DNA of 64,000 bases from Gemmatimonadota bacterium. Its GTDB lineage: Bacteria > Gemmatimonadota > Gemmatimonadetes > Gemmatimonadales > Gemmatimonadaceae. The notes under the pieces are model-generated. The model saw only the letters and a program-made list of their open reading frames with translations, searched no databases and was not told the DNA's origin. Below are positions 1-9,153 of this stretch, in pieces (positions within the stretch are counted from its first letter, which is position 1; each line of letters opens with the position of its first letter). The stretch is from contig JANMLN010000054.1 of NCBI GenBank assembly GCA_031372565.1, positions 55,063-119,062 on the forward strand. Direction: 5' to 3'. Position numbers and translations under genes: made by a program.

Positions 1-1056
1 TTGCTTGCGTGCGCCGGCACGGCGCTGATTGCGCGCGGGCCGTTCACGATGTCGGTGATCCTCTTCGTGATCGCGAATGGCGGGTACCAGGCCGGCGTGC
101 AGTTCTACGACTCGATGCTCCCGGACGTGAGTACCGAAGCCAATCGCGGGCGCATCAACGGGCTGGCCATCGGGCTGGGCTACCTCGGTTCGTACGTGGC
201 CATCGGCATGGGCGTCTGGCTCGGGCGCGGCGACGGCCCGTATCCGTTCACGACTTACTTCACGCTCGTGTCGGTGCTGTTCCTCGTCATCGCGATCCCG
301 TGCTTCGTTTTCGTCGAGGAGAAGGGGAACCCGCACCCGCGACCGTTCTTCACCCTCACGGCCATCAAGGAGTCGGTGGCGCAAACCATCGACACGCTGC
401 GCTCGGGGAACCGCTATCCGGGGCTGCTGCGCTTCCTGCTCGGACGCGCCTTCTATACCGATGCGATCAACACGGTGGTCTCGTTCATGTCGCTCTACAC
501 GGTGAACGTGGCGGTCTCGACCGGTCTCACGGCCGAGGACGGCCAGGCCCGGGCGAACATCGTGCTCGCGGCCGCGGTCACGGCTGCCATCGGCGGCGGC
601 ATCATCTGGGGGATCATCGTCGACAAGATCGGTCCCAAGCGCACGCTCACGGCCGTGCTCTGCCTGTGGCTGGCGACGTTCACGCTCGCGGCCGGCGTGG
701 GCATGCTCGGGCTGCCCATCGCGTGGCTGTACGTGGTCGCGTGCGCAGCGGGCATTGCACTCGGCGGTACGTGGGCCGCGGACCGGCCGTACATGCTCCG
801 CCTCACGCCGCCGGACCGCGTGGGCGAGTTCTACGGGCTGTACGGCATGGTCGGGCGCTTCTCGGCGGTCACCGGCCCGGCGCTCTGGGGCGGCACCACG
901 TACCTGGCCGTGCAACGCCTGGGCTTCAGCGAGGTGAAGGGCGAAGCGTTCGCGGTGATGACACTCTTCGCGATGGTGGTGATCGCGCTGGTGATCCTGC
1001 GGCGCGTGGACGACAAGCCGCGAGACTGGGCGGCGCTGCAGAAGCTCGCGCCGTGA
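1..1056 (+). CDS. MFS transporter (UMF1/Atg22-like), 5'-truncated by window edge
   Basis: Many TM helices; motifs FYDSMLPDV, DKIGPKRTL and GEFYGLYGMVGRFSAVTGP typical of this MFS family. Confidence 0.85.
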   Translation: MLACAGTALIARGPFTMSVILFVIANGGYQAGVQFYDSMLPDVSTEANRGRINGLAIGLGYLGSYVAIGMGVWLGRGDGPYPFTTYFTLVSVLFLVIAIPCFVFVEEKGNPHPRPFFTLTAIKESVAQTIDTLRSGNRYPGLLRFLLGRAFYTDAINTVVSFMSLYTVNVAVSTGLTAEDGQARANIVLAAAVTAAIGGGIIWGIIVDKIGPKRTLTAVLCLWLATFTLAAGVGMLGLPIAWLYVVACAAGIALGGTWAADRPYMLRLTPPDRVGEFYGLYGMVGRFSAVTGPALWGGTTYLAVQRLGFSEVKGEAFAVMTLFAMVVIALVILRRVDDKPRDWAALQKLAP

Positions 1057-1086
1057 ACCCGGCGTGAGCGCGGCGTGTCGCGCGTT

Positions 1087-2301
1087 TCAGCCGTGGAACG
1101 GATTGTCGTAACGCCGGGGCTCTCCGCGTTCGCGGATGCCGTCCTGCTGCGCCTGCATGAGCGCCCGACGAATGCGCAGGGCCAGTTCGCGGGTGAGCGC
1201 GTCCTGGTCATCGCGCGCGGTCACGGGCACGGGCTCCTCCACGCGCAGGAAGAACGCGCGCGGTGCGGCCGCGTACGGCACGAAGCGGGTTACGTCGTCG
1301 CGGAGCGTGCCGCGCAGCCAGTCGAGGCGCAGCCGCTTGATCCGTTCGCCGATCTGCTCCTGCGTGAGCGTTGGCTGATGCACACCGGCCGGCACGAGGC
1401 GCAGCATCCGGTCGATGATCGAGACCTGTCGCTTGAAGTCGGGATTGGCGTCGCGCAGGCGGCGTGATTGCGAGCGCCACGCGCGCGCCTGATCGGCCGC
1501 ACTCGTCGGCATGGTGGCCGGCACGTACTCTGGCCAGGTCCGCGTGAGCTGCTCGAGTGCCTGCACCAGGCCGCGCTCGAAGCGCGCCGCGAAACCGTCG
1601 CGTGCGGGTCCGAGGTCGATGGCGTACGGCGCGGCTTCACGCTCGAGCAGGAATGCGAACAGCGCCCGCAGGCGCTCGGCGGCGTTGCCGGTCGTTCCCG
1701 GTGCACGCAGTCGCATGGTCACGTAATCAAGCTCGTGCTGCAATCCGGGCTCGGCGTTCTCCTGATAGCGGATGAACCAAGCGAGCGGCACGAGCTGCGC
1801 GGGCCGCCTGGCGATGTCCGAGGCACGCGACGCGATGCGCACCGCTCCCGTGCGCAGCGCTCCCGGCGCTTCGTTGTCCCAATTGACTTCGCCCTCGGGG
1901 TGGATGAGCACTCCCGTGCCGCGCGCGACCTGACGCGCAGAGTAGTCGAGCGCGGCATCGAGGTGCTCGCCGCGCACCGCAGCCACGAGTCCGTTCGACA
2001 ACCAGAACCACTGCCCGAAGCCGTTGACGATTTCCGGATCTGCCCACGCGATGGAGGTGGGCGCATAGCGGTGCATCACCCACTTGTCGATCATCCAGTC
2101 GGTGAAGAACTCCGGGTGGTTCGGACAGAGCACGAAGGGGGCGCGGACGGCGACGCGCAGGCGCGCGTCATCGTCGGCCGGGATATGCAACGCCGCCACG
2201 CGCGAGACGAGCGGGAGGACCACGCCGTTGTTGAGCCAGCCGAGCGCGCGCATGAGCGTCGCGTTGGGATGCGGCTCCCGGAACCCCTGAAGCGAGGTCA
2301 T
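1087..2301 (-). CDS. PlsC-like phospholipid/glycerol acyltransferase with C-terminal extension
   Basis: NH-x4-D motif (NHPEFFTD), HPEG, LRTGAVRIA; start overlaps the ppc stop (ATGA). Confidence 0.75.
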   Translation of the reverse strand: MTSLQGFREPHPNATLMRALGWLNNGVVLPLVSRVAALHIPADDDARLRVAVRAPFVLCPNHPEFFTDWMIDKWVMHRYAPTSIAWADPEIVNGFGQWFWLSNGLVAAVRGEHLDAALDYSARQVARGTGVLIHPEGEVNWDNEAPGALRTGAVRIASRASDIARRPAQLVPLAWFIRYQENAEPGLQHELDYVTMRLRAPGTTGNAAERLRALFAFLLEREAAPYAIDLGPARDGFAARFERGLVQALEQLTRTWPEYVPATMPTSAADQARAWRSQSRRLRDANPDFKRQVSIIDRMLRLVPAGVHQPTLTQEQIGERIKRLRLDWLRGTLRDDVTRFVPYAAAPRAFFLRVEEPVPVTARDDQDALTRELALRIRRALMQAQQDGIRERGEPRRYDNPFHG

Positions 2302-4955
2302 CCCGTGTTGCGCATCCCGGCCGCGACGCCGTTCACCGTCACGAGGAAGGCGTCGAGCAGCGCCGGGTCGTCATGGTCGGCGCGCAGCCGAGCGAGCAGC
2401 TCGACCTGCACCAGGTTGATGGGGTCCACGTAGGGGTTCCGGACGCCGATGGACCGCTTGAGCACGGGGTTGTCGGCAAGCAGCCGGTCGTGATCGGTCA
2501 CCTCGAGCAGCGCTTCGGTGGTCTGCTCGAGGTCGCGCCGCAGCGTCGAGCCCAGCAGCAGCAACCGCGGCGGTACGAGACGCAGGTCGTAGTACGCCGC
2601 GATCTCCGGCGACGCCTTGGCCAGCACCATCTCCACGAGGTCGAGCGTCGAGCGGAAGAACGGCCACTCGGCGTACATCGTGCGCAGTGTGGCGAGGTGG
2701 CCGCGCGCAATGGCGTCGCGCAGGGCATCGCCCACGCCATGCCAACTCGGGAGCATGAGGCGTGTCTGCGTCCACGCAAAGATCCACGGAATGGCGCGCA
2801 GGCTGGTGACACCACCGGCCGCCTTCCGTCGCGCCGGTCGGCTTCCGATGCGCAGGCGGCCCAGCTCCTGCTCCGGCGTGGCGAGACGGAAGTACTCGAG
2901 GAACTCGGGCGTCTCGTACACGAGTCGGCGGTACGCAGTGCGCGACGCATCGGCGAGTTCCTGCATGAGCGCGCGCCAAGCCGCTGGCACCGCGGCATGC
3001 GGCACGAGCGAGGCCTCGAGCGTTGCGGTCGTGTACACCTCGAGCGTGCGGTCGGCGATCTCGGGCAGGCCGAACTGCGCGTCCACCATCTCGCCCTGCT
3101 CGGTCACGCGGATGGTGCCGTCCACCGAACCCGGTGGCTGCGACTGGATGGCCAGGTGCGTCGGGCCACCGCCGCGACCCACGGATCCCCCGCGTCCGTG
3201 GAAGAGCGTGAGCTGGACGCCACGCGAGGCGCACGCGGCCACCACGCGCTCCTGCGCGGTGTAGAGCTCCCACGCCGCAGCCAGTCGTCCCGCGTCCTTC
3301 GCGGAATCCGAATAGCCGATCATGATCTCGACGCGGTCGCCGATCCGGGTGCGATAGGCCGGGATGTCGAGCAACGCGCCGATGGTATCCGCCGCGCCAC
3401 GCAGGAAGTCCACCGTCTCGAAGAGCGGTACGACACGCAGGGGAGGGGTGACGCCCGCTGCCACCTGCAGCGCATGCACGGCGAGCACGTCGGACGGCTG
3501 GCTCGCCATCGAGATCACGTAGGCGCCGAGCATGTCGCGCGGGAGCTCGGCTGCCACGCGGAAGGTGCCGAGCGCGTCGGAGATGTCGGCCGGAAAGGGC
3601 GGAGGCGCAGCCATCGCCTCGCGCAGTGCGCGCGCGCCCGTCGCGATCTCGTCGAGCAGGAAGGCTTGGCGTTCGGCCTCGCTCCACGCCGCATACGAAC
3701 CGCGCCCCATGCGCGTCGTGAGTGCATCGAGCGCATCGGTGTGCTTCTGCGCCTCCTGGCGGAGGTCGAGGCGCACCAGCGAGAGCCCGAAGGTCGGGAT
3801 GCGACGGAGCACGTCGGTGAGTCGGCCTTCTGCGACGGCGCGACCACCGGTGGCCATCAACGAGCGATGACAGAGCCGCAGCGGCTCGGCGATCGTCTCG
3901 ACGTCGGTGATCATCGGCCTGTCGTCGGCGCTCGCCGATGCACCGTCGATCATGCGCGCGATCCGGTCGCGCGTGGCCTGCAACCCCTCGACGATCGGCT
4001 TGAGCAGCGCACGATAGGGTTCCGCGGCGTTGCCGACACGCGCCGTGAGTTCGGGGGTGCCCCTCCGCATCGAGAGTTCGCCCCGGAGCGCTTCGAGGTC
4101 GCGGGCATGGAGGTCCGCCGCCATCCAGCGTGCGAGCAGCGTCGCGCGCACGGTGACGTCGGGCGTGACGTTGGGATTGCCGTCCCGATCACCGCCGATC
4201 CATGAACCGAAGCGGAGGGGCGCCGCGTCGAGAGGCAGTCCGGCACCCGTGGCAGCCACGAGCGCCTGGTCGAGCGCGCGCAGGTAGCGGGGCACCGCGT
4301 CCCAGAGTGTCTGCTCGAACGCGACCAGCCCCCACTTCACCTCGTCCACCGGCGTCGGCGGATCGCGGCGCACTTCATCGGTCATCCAGGTGGCCGTGAT
4401 CTCGTTGGCGAGCGCGCGGAGCCGCGCCTCGCGTTCGGGACCGGTGAGGCTCGTGTGATCGCCCAGCGCCAGCAGTTCGGCGATGCGCCGCTGCTTCTGG
4501 CGCAGCGTGCGGCGCACGACTTCGGTGGGATGCGCGGTGAGCACGAGTTCGACGCGAAGCGCGCCTGCGGCGTCGTGCAGTGCACGCGGTGCTATCCCGC
4601 CCGCCAACAGCCGCGTGAACGAGTCGGCGAAGGAGCCTCGCTGCGGTGGCTTGGACGGGTCGCGCTGGTAGTCGCGCCGCCGCCGGATGCGATGGTGCTG
4701 CTCGGCGATGTTGGCGAGTCCGAGGAAGTGCGCGAAGGCGCGCGCAACGTCGAGCGCGTCGGGGACGGAGAGTGCGCGCAGCACGCGCTCGAGTTCGGCC
4801 ACGTCGGCGGCACCGCGGCGCGCATCCTTGGCGAGGGCGCGCACGCGCTCGACCGTGTCGTAGAGTGCCGCGCCGCCCTGTGCCTTCAGCGTGTCGCCGA
4901 GGAGGGCACCGAGCAGGCGGACATCGTCGTGGAGGGGCTGATGCGGGTCGGTCAT
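2298..4955 (-). CDS. ppc: Phosphoenolpyruvate carboxylase
   Basis: VLTAHPTE, GGDRDGNP, MIGYSDSAKD, FHGRGGSVGRGG, LRAIPWIFAWTQ, C-terminal MRNTG. Confidence 0.98.
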   Translation of the reverse strand: MTDPHQPLHDDVRLLGALLGDTLKAQGGAALYDTVERVRALAKDARRGAADVAELERVLRALSVPDALDVARAFAHFLGLANIAEQHHRIRRRRDYQRDPSKPPQRGSFADSFTRLLAGGIAPRALHDAAGALRVELVLTAHPTEVVRRTLRQKQRRIAELLALGDHTSLTGPEREARLRALANEITATWMTDEVRRDPPTPVDEVKWGLVAFEQTLWDAVPRYLRALDQALVAATGAGLPLDAAPLRFGSWIGGDRDGNPNVTPDVTVRATLLARWMAADLHARDLEALRGELSMRRGTPELTARVGNAAEPYRALLKPIVEGLQATRDRIARMIDGASASADDRPMITDVETIAEPLRLCHRSLMATGGRAVAEGRLTDVLRRIPTFGLSLVRLDLRQEAQKHTDALDALTTRMGRGSYAAWSEAERQAFLLDEIATGARALREAMAAPPPFPADISDALGTFRVAAELPRDMLGAYVISMASQPSDVLAVHALQVAAGVTPPLRVVPLFETVDFLRGAADTIGALLDIPAYRTRIGDRVEIMIGYSDSAKDAGRLAAAWELYTAQERVVAACASRGVQLTLFHGRGGSVGRGGGPTHLAIQSQPPGSVDGTIRVTEQGEMVDAQFGLPEIADRTLEVYTTATLEASLVPHAAVPAAWRALMQELADASRTAYRRLVYETPEFLEYFRLATPEQELGRLRIGSRPARRKAAGGVTSLRAIPWIFAWTQTRLMLPSWHGVGDALRDAIARGHLATLRTMYAEWPFFRSTLDLVEMVLAKASPEIAAYYDLRLVPPRLLLLGSTLRRDLEQTTEALLEVTDHDRLLADNPVLKRSIGVRNPYVDPINLVQVELLARLRADHDDPALLDAFLVTVNGVAAGMRNTG

Positions 4956-5051
4956 GGGCTGTGGGTCGGAAGCTACGACCTCAGACGCTCCGCGGGGCGC
5001 GGACCAGGCTTATGAAGCTGAACCTGTTCGATCTCGACTCCGCATCGGGCC

Positions 5052-5612
5052 TCAGTCCACCCAGCGCGTGAGCGCGCTGCCCGCCGTACGCGGCTTCGCT
5101 GCCGGTACCTCGGCCGGCTCTCCCACGGTCAACACCGCCACGATCCGCTCGCCCTCGGCCACGCCCGCCGCGGCGCGCGCTGCCGGATCATCCATGATGG
5201 CGCCGGTGCGGATGTGCGTACCGAGCCCTTGGGCCACGGCCGAGAGGCAGAGGTTCTGCACGGCCATGTAGGTGGCCGCGTAGTCCTCCTCGCGGATCTC
5301 CGGGTTCTCGTTGAGCACCATCGACACGATCAGCATGCACGGTTGCGCCCGATGATCGCGGCTGGTGGTCTGCCGGATCGAGTCGGCCTGGGCTTCGTCG
5401 GTCGCCTTCTTCGCCTTGCGGTTGCCCAGTGCGAGTCCGTACGCCGCGCGCGCCTCGGGGCCGAGCACTGCAAAGCGCCACGGCTGCGTGATCCGATGGT
5501 TCGGCGCGAGCGTCGCGGCCTGAATCATCTGCTCCAGCGCGTCGCGCGAGGGGGCGCGATCGGTGAACTTGCGAATGGAGCGGCGGTTGGAAATCGCGTC
5601 GGAAAGGTTCAT
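5052..5612 (-). CDS. Nitroreductase family protein
   Basis: RRSIRKF, APNHRITQPWRF, AVQNLCLSA...GLGT. Confidence 0.9.
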   Translation of the reverse strand: MNLSDAISNRRSIRKFTDRAPSRDALEQMIQAATLAPNHRITQPWRFAVLGPEARAAYGLALGNRKAKKATDEAQADSIRQTTSRDHRAQPCMLIVSMVLNENPEIREEDYAATYMAVQNLCLSAVAQGLGTHIRTGAIMDDPAARAAAGVAEGERIVAVLTVGEPAEVPAAKPRTAGSALTRWVD

Positions 5613-6018
5613 CTCGGGAGGGGCGGGACAGGTGAGGTTCGCCTGCTGCGGTAGGCCGCACGCAGACGCCTCGGAACGATAGTCGCGCGTACTCGGCCGC
5701 GCGCTTCTGACGCGTGCGAGCGCTGCGAACTGTGGTGCGAAGGCCCGTCCTGTCAGGAGTAAACATTCGTAATCAATCTGCCGCCCCGCATCGCTTGTAA
5801 GTCTCTGCTAATCATCATGTTACGCAGAAACACAAAGGTCAATATTCCTGCTCGCTTGGTCTCACCGTTGAGCAGTCCACCGTGCACGAGCCGGCCACGC
5901 TGGAGTTGCTCGCTCCGGCACTGCCTGCGTCGGTGCGCTTGACGGCTCCTCGCCTCGCGCCCCACCTTGCGAGAGCTCGCGCCACGCCCGACGCGCGCAC
6001 TCTCCCGCTCCCCGATCC

Positions 6019-6987
6019 ATGACGCGCCGAGGCGGCTCGTTCCTCCTCCTGCTGCTGTCGCTCGCGGGCGCGAGTGCACGCGCGCAGGACACCAGCGCAG
6101 GGCCGGCAAAGCGCGCGTCCGCGTCCGGCGAACTCCGGCTCACCTATCTCGGCAACGCGGGCTGGGAGATCACCGATGGCATCTCGGTGGTCCTTGTGGA
6201 CCCGTTCCTCTCGCAGTTCGCGCGCTGGGGTCCCGGTAGCCCCGCCGCCGACACGCGACGCGACCGGGTGCTCACCCCCGACACCGCGCTGATCGATCGG
6301 CATGTCAAGCGCGCCGATTACATCCTCATCACGCACGGTCACAGCGACCACGCCCTCGACGCCGGGTATATCGCGCGTCGCACGGGCGCGACGATCATCG
6401 GCCACGAGACAGCGGCCAACCTCGCGCGCGCCGAACAGGTGCCGGAGCAGCACCTCATCACGGTCATCGGGGGCGAGGACTACGAGTTCGGCGCGTTCTC
6501 CCTCAAGGTCATTCCCAACATCCACAGCGCGCTCGACCAGAAGCACTACTACAACAACGGCCGCGGGATCACCGGGAACGCCCCGCGCGGACTGCGCGCA
6601 CCGCTGCGATACGCGGACTTCGTCGAGGGCGGCAACATCGCCTATCTCCTGCGCATGGCCGGGCACGAGGTGCTGATCATGGGCTCCATGAACTACATCG
6701 AACGCGAGATGGTCGGTCTGCGCCCCGACATCGCGCTGGTGGGCGCAAACGACCAACGGCGCGAGATCCACGACTACACGGGTCGGCTCATGCGAGCACT
6801 CGGCATGCCCGCGCTCGTCATCCCGACGCACGCCGACAGCTACGGCGATCCCAACCCGCCGGCTGCCGCAGTCGCGAGCCGCGCGCGCTTCGTCGCCGAG
6901 GTCAGAGCGGCTTCACCGCGCAGTCGCGTCCTGTTGCCGGTCTGGTTCGAGCCGATCGTGGTTCCGAAGCGTCGGGCCGGACGCTGA
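6019..6987 (+). CDS. Secreted MBL-fold metallo-hydrolase (UlaG-like)
   Basis: Signal peptide; YLGNAGW, VDPF, THGHSDH, IPTH. Confidence 0.85.
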   Translation: MTRRGGSFLLLLLSLAGASARAQDTSAGPAKRASASGELRLTYLGNAGWEITDGISVVLVDPFLSQFARWGPGSPAADTRRDRVLTPDTALIDRHVKRADYILITHGHSDHALDAGYIARRTGATIIGHETAANLARAEQVPEQHLITVIGGEDYEFGAFSLKVIPNIHSALDQKHYYNNGRGITGNAPRGLRAPLRYADFVEGGNIAYLLRMAGHEVLIMGSMNYIEREMVGLRPDIALVGANDQRREIHDYTGRLMRALGMPALVIPTHADSYGDPNPPAAAVASRARFVAEVRAASPRSRVLLPVWFEPIVVPKRRAGR

Positions 6988-7018
6988 TCGTGGGCGGGCG
7001 CAGCCATCACGCGAGCCG

Positions 7019-8167
7019 ATGACGCTGTTCGTGCGCGGCCGCAGCCTCTCGGCCGGTGCCATGCTGCTGGTGACCGCGGCCGCCGAGTATCCGCGCTATG
7101 ATCGCGTGCTGCTCCTCGAGTCGACGTCGGAGACCTCCGCCAATGCGAGCTTCGGCGACCTGAACGGCGATGGCAATCTCGACATCGTGCTGGCCAAGGG
7201 GCGGCACTGGCCACTCGTGGACCGCGTGCTGATCGGCGACGGCAAGGGCGGCATTCGTGAGGCCTACGATCTGGGCGCAGCGTCCGACAAGTCGTACTCG
7301 GCGCGCCTCGTGGACCTCGACGGCGATGGCGATCTCGACGTGGTGGTCAGCAACGATGCACCGAACCCGAAGCTGGTGTACCTCAACGACGGAACGGGAC
7401 ACTTCACCGTTGGATCGACGTATGGCCGTCCCGAATGGCCGATGCGGAACGCGACGGTTGCCGACATGAATGGCGACGGCAAGCCGGATATCATCGCGGC
7501 CAATCGCACAGGGCGGGCACCGGGGTGGAACTACATCTGCCTGAACCGCGGGAACGGGACGTTTGACGCCGACTGCATTGCCTTCTCCCCCGAGCCGTCC
7601 ACGACGATCACGGCTGCCGATTTCAATGGCGACGGGATGGTGGACCTGCTCGTGCCGCACCGCAACGGCGGGCAGGGCCGGATCTACTTCGGCGCCAGGA
7701 ACGCCGATCTCGCACAGTTGCGCAGCATCCCGTTCGGTCCGGCGGACGGGCAGATCCGCATGGCGGAGGCGGGAGACTTCAACGGTGACGGCACGCTTGA
7801 TGTCGTGACCATCGACGAGACGCGCGGCATTGCCCTTCACCTGGGCATTGGCGACGGGACCTTTGCCGCGCCCGTCGCGATCGGCGACCGGACGCTCATC
7901 CCGTATGCGTTGACCGTTGCCGACGTGAACTGCGACGGGATGATGGATTTCGTCGTGGGACATGTCACCGCGCCGTCCACGGTGTACTTCAATGAAGGAT
8001 CCGGACGGCGGTTCACCCCCGTGTCGTTCGGGGATTCGCGGGGCACCGCCTACGGGATCAGCGTCGGCGACTTCGACCGGGATGGACGTCACGACATCGT
8101 CGTGGCGCGATCGGATGCCCCCAACGCGCTCTACTTTTCGTCGGGTCCCGTCGGGCGTTGCAAGTGA
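7019..8167 (+). CDS. FG-GAP/VCBS repeat beta-propeller protein
   Basis: About seven D(L/F/M)xGDGxxD repeats. Confidence 0.9.
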   Translation: MTLFVRGRSLSAGAMLLVTAAAEYPRYDRVLLLESTSETSANASFGDLNGDGNLDIVLAKGRHWPLVDRVLIGDGKGGIREAYDLGAASDKSYSARLVDLDGDGDLDVVVSNDAPNPKLVYLNDGTGHFTVGSTYGRPEWPMRNATVADMNGDGKPDIIAANRTGRAPGWNYICLNRGNGTFDADCIAFSPEPSTTITAADFNGDGMVDLLVPHRNGGQGRIYFGARNADLAQLRSIPFGPADGQIRMAEAGDFNGDGTLDVVTIDETRGIALHLGIGDGTFAAPVAIGDRTLIPYALTVADVNCDGMMDFVVGHVTAPSTVYFNEGSGRRFTPVSFGDSRGTAYGISVGDFDRDGRHDIVVARSDAPNALYFSSGPVGRCK

Positions 8168-8223
8168 CCCCTAACGCTGCCCGCCTTCAACCCGCCCGCA
8201 TCCACTTTCTGGAGTACGTCCCG

Positions 8224-8694
8224 ATGATCCGCTCAAGTGTCGTGCTCGTGGCCTTGATGGCCAGCGCACTCCATCGGCTCGATGCGCAATCGGACAACCT
8301 GCCCACGAAGCGGGTGATCCAGCCGCCGAACTACAAGCCGACCCCGTCGCCGCTCTCGCCCGCGCTCCTGGTTGGCAACACGCTCTACCTGTCGGGCGCG
8401 ACCGGTGGTGATCCGGTGAGTGGTCAGCTCGTCGCGGGCGGCTTCGAGCCGGAGCTGCGGCAGATCATGGCCAACCTGCAGACGGTGCTGAAGGCGGCGG
8501 ACATGGACCTCACGCAGGTGGTGGCCGTCACGGTCTACCTCGCCGACATGTCGGACTTCCGTCGCTTCAACGAAGTGTACCGCGAATACTTCGCGGTCGA
8601 ACCGCTGCCGACCCGTTCGACCGTGGCGGTCAAGGAACTTGCGCGCGGCGCCCGGGTCGAGATCACCATGACCGCGGTGCGTACCCGCCGCTGA
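8224..8694 (+). CDS. RidA/YjgF family protein with putative signal peptide
   Basis: LYLSG, FNEVYREYF, PTRSTV, RVEI; hydrophobic N-terminus; start chosen at ATG 8224. Confidence 0.9.
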   Translation: MIRSSVVLVALMASALHRLDAQSDNLPTKRVIQPPNYKPTPSPLSPALLVGNTLYLSGATGGDPVSGQLVAGGFEPELRQIMANLQTVLKAADMDLTQVVAVTVYLADMSDFRRFNEVYREYFAVEPLPTRSTVAVKELARGARVEITMTAVRTRR

Positions 8695-8767
8695 GCGCAG
8701 CAATGCACGATGTGTCGGAGTGGTGCATGCACCGACTGCTCCGCGTGATGAATCATCAGCCGAGGCC

Positions 8768-9142
8768 ATGTCCATGAGCTCTGTCATCCGTTCGCAGGTC
8801 GTCGACATTCCGCACAACATGACCACGACGGCCTTCGATATTCACGGCTTTCGCGTGGTCGAGAACATGGGCGTCGTCCGCGGTGTCGTAGTCCGCTCGC
8901 GCTCCGTGATCGGTACGTTCGGCGCCAGCCTGCAAACCCTGTTGGGCGGCAACATCACGCTGTTCACGGAACTCGCCGAGCGCACTCGCCAGCAGGCCTT
9001 CGACACGATGCTGCTGCAGGCGCACGCGGCCGGCGCCAACGCGGTGATCGGTGTTCGCTATGACGCGAACGAATTGATGCAGGGGGTGACTGAAGTACTC
9101 TGCTATGGTACCGCCGTCATGATGGAGCCGTCGGAGCGCTAG
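8768..9142 (+). CDS. YbjQ (UPF0145) family protein
   Basis: GVVRGVVVRSRS, LLGGNIT, GANAVIGVRYD, YGTAV; start approximate. Confidence 0.9.
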   Translation: MSMSSVIRSQVVDIPHNMTTTAFDIHGFRVVENMGVVRGVVVRSRSVIGTFGASLQTLLGGNITLFTELAERTRQQAFDTMLLQAHAAGANAVIGVRYDANELMQGVTEVLCYGTAVMMEPSER

Positions 9143-9153
9143 CGCAGGCGCTG

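Noticed and set aside
5745..5860. AT-rich intergenic stretch, possible ncRNA or riboswitch
   Set aside because: No recognisable RNA family structure; most simply a divergent promoter region
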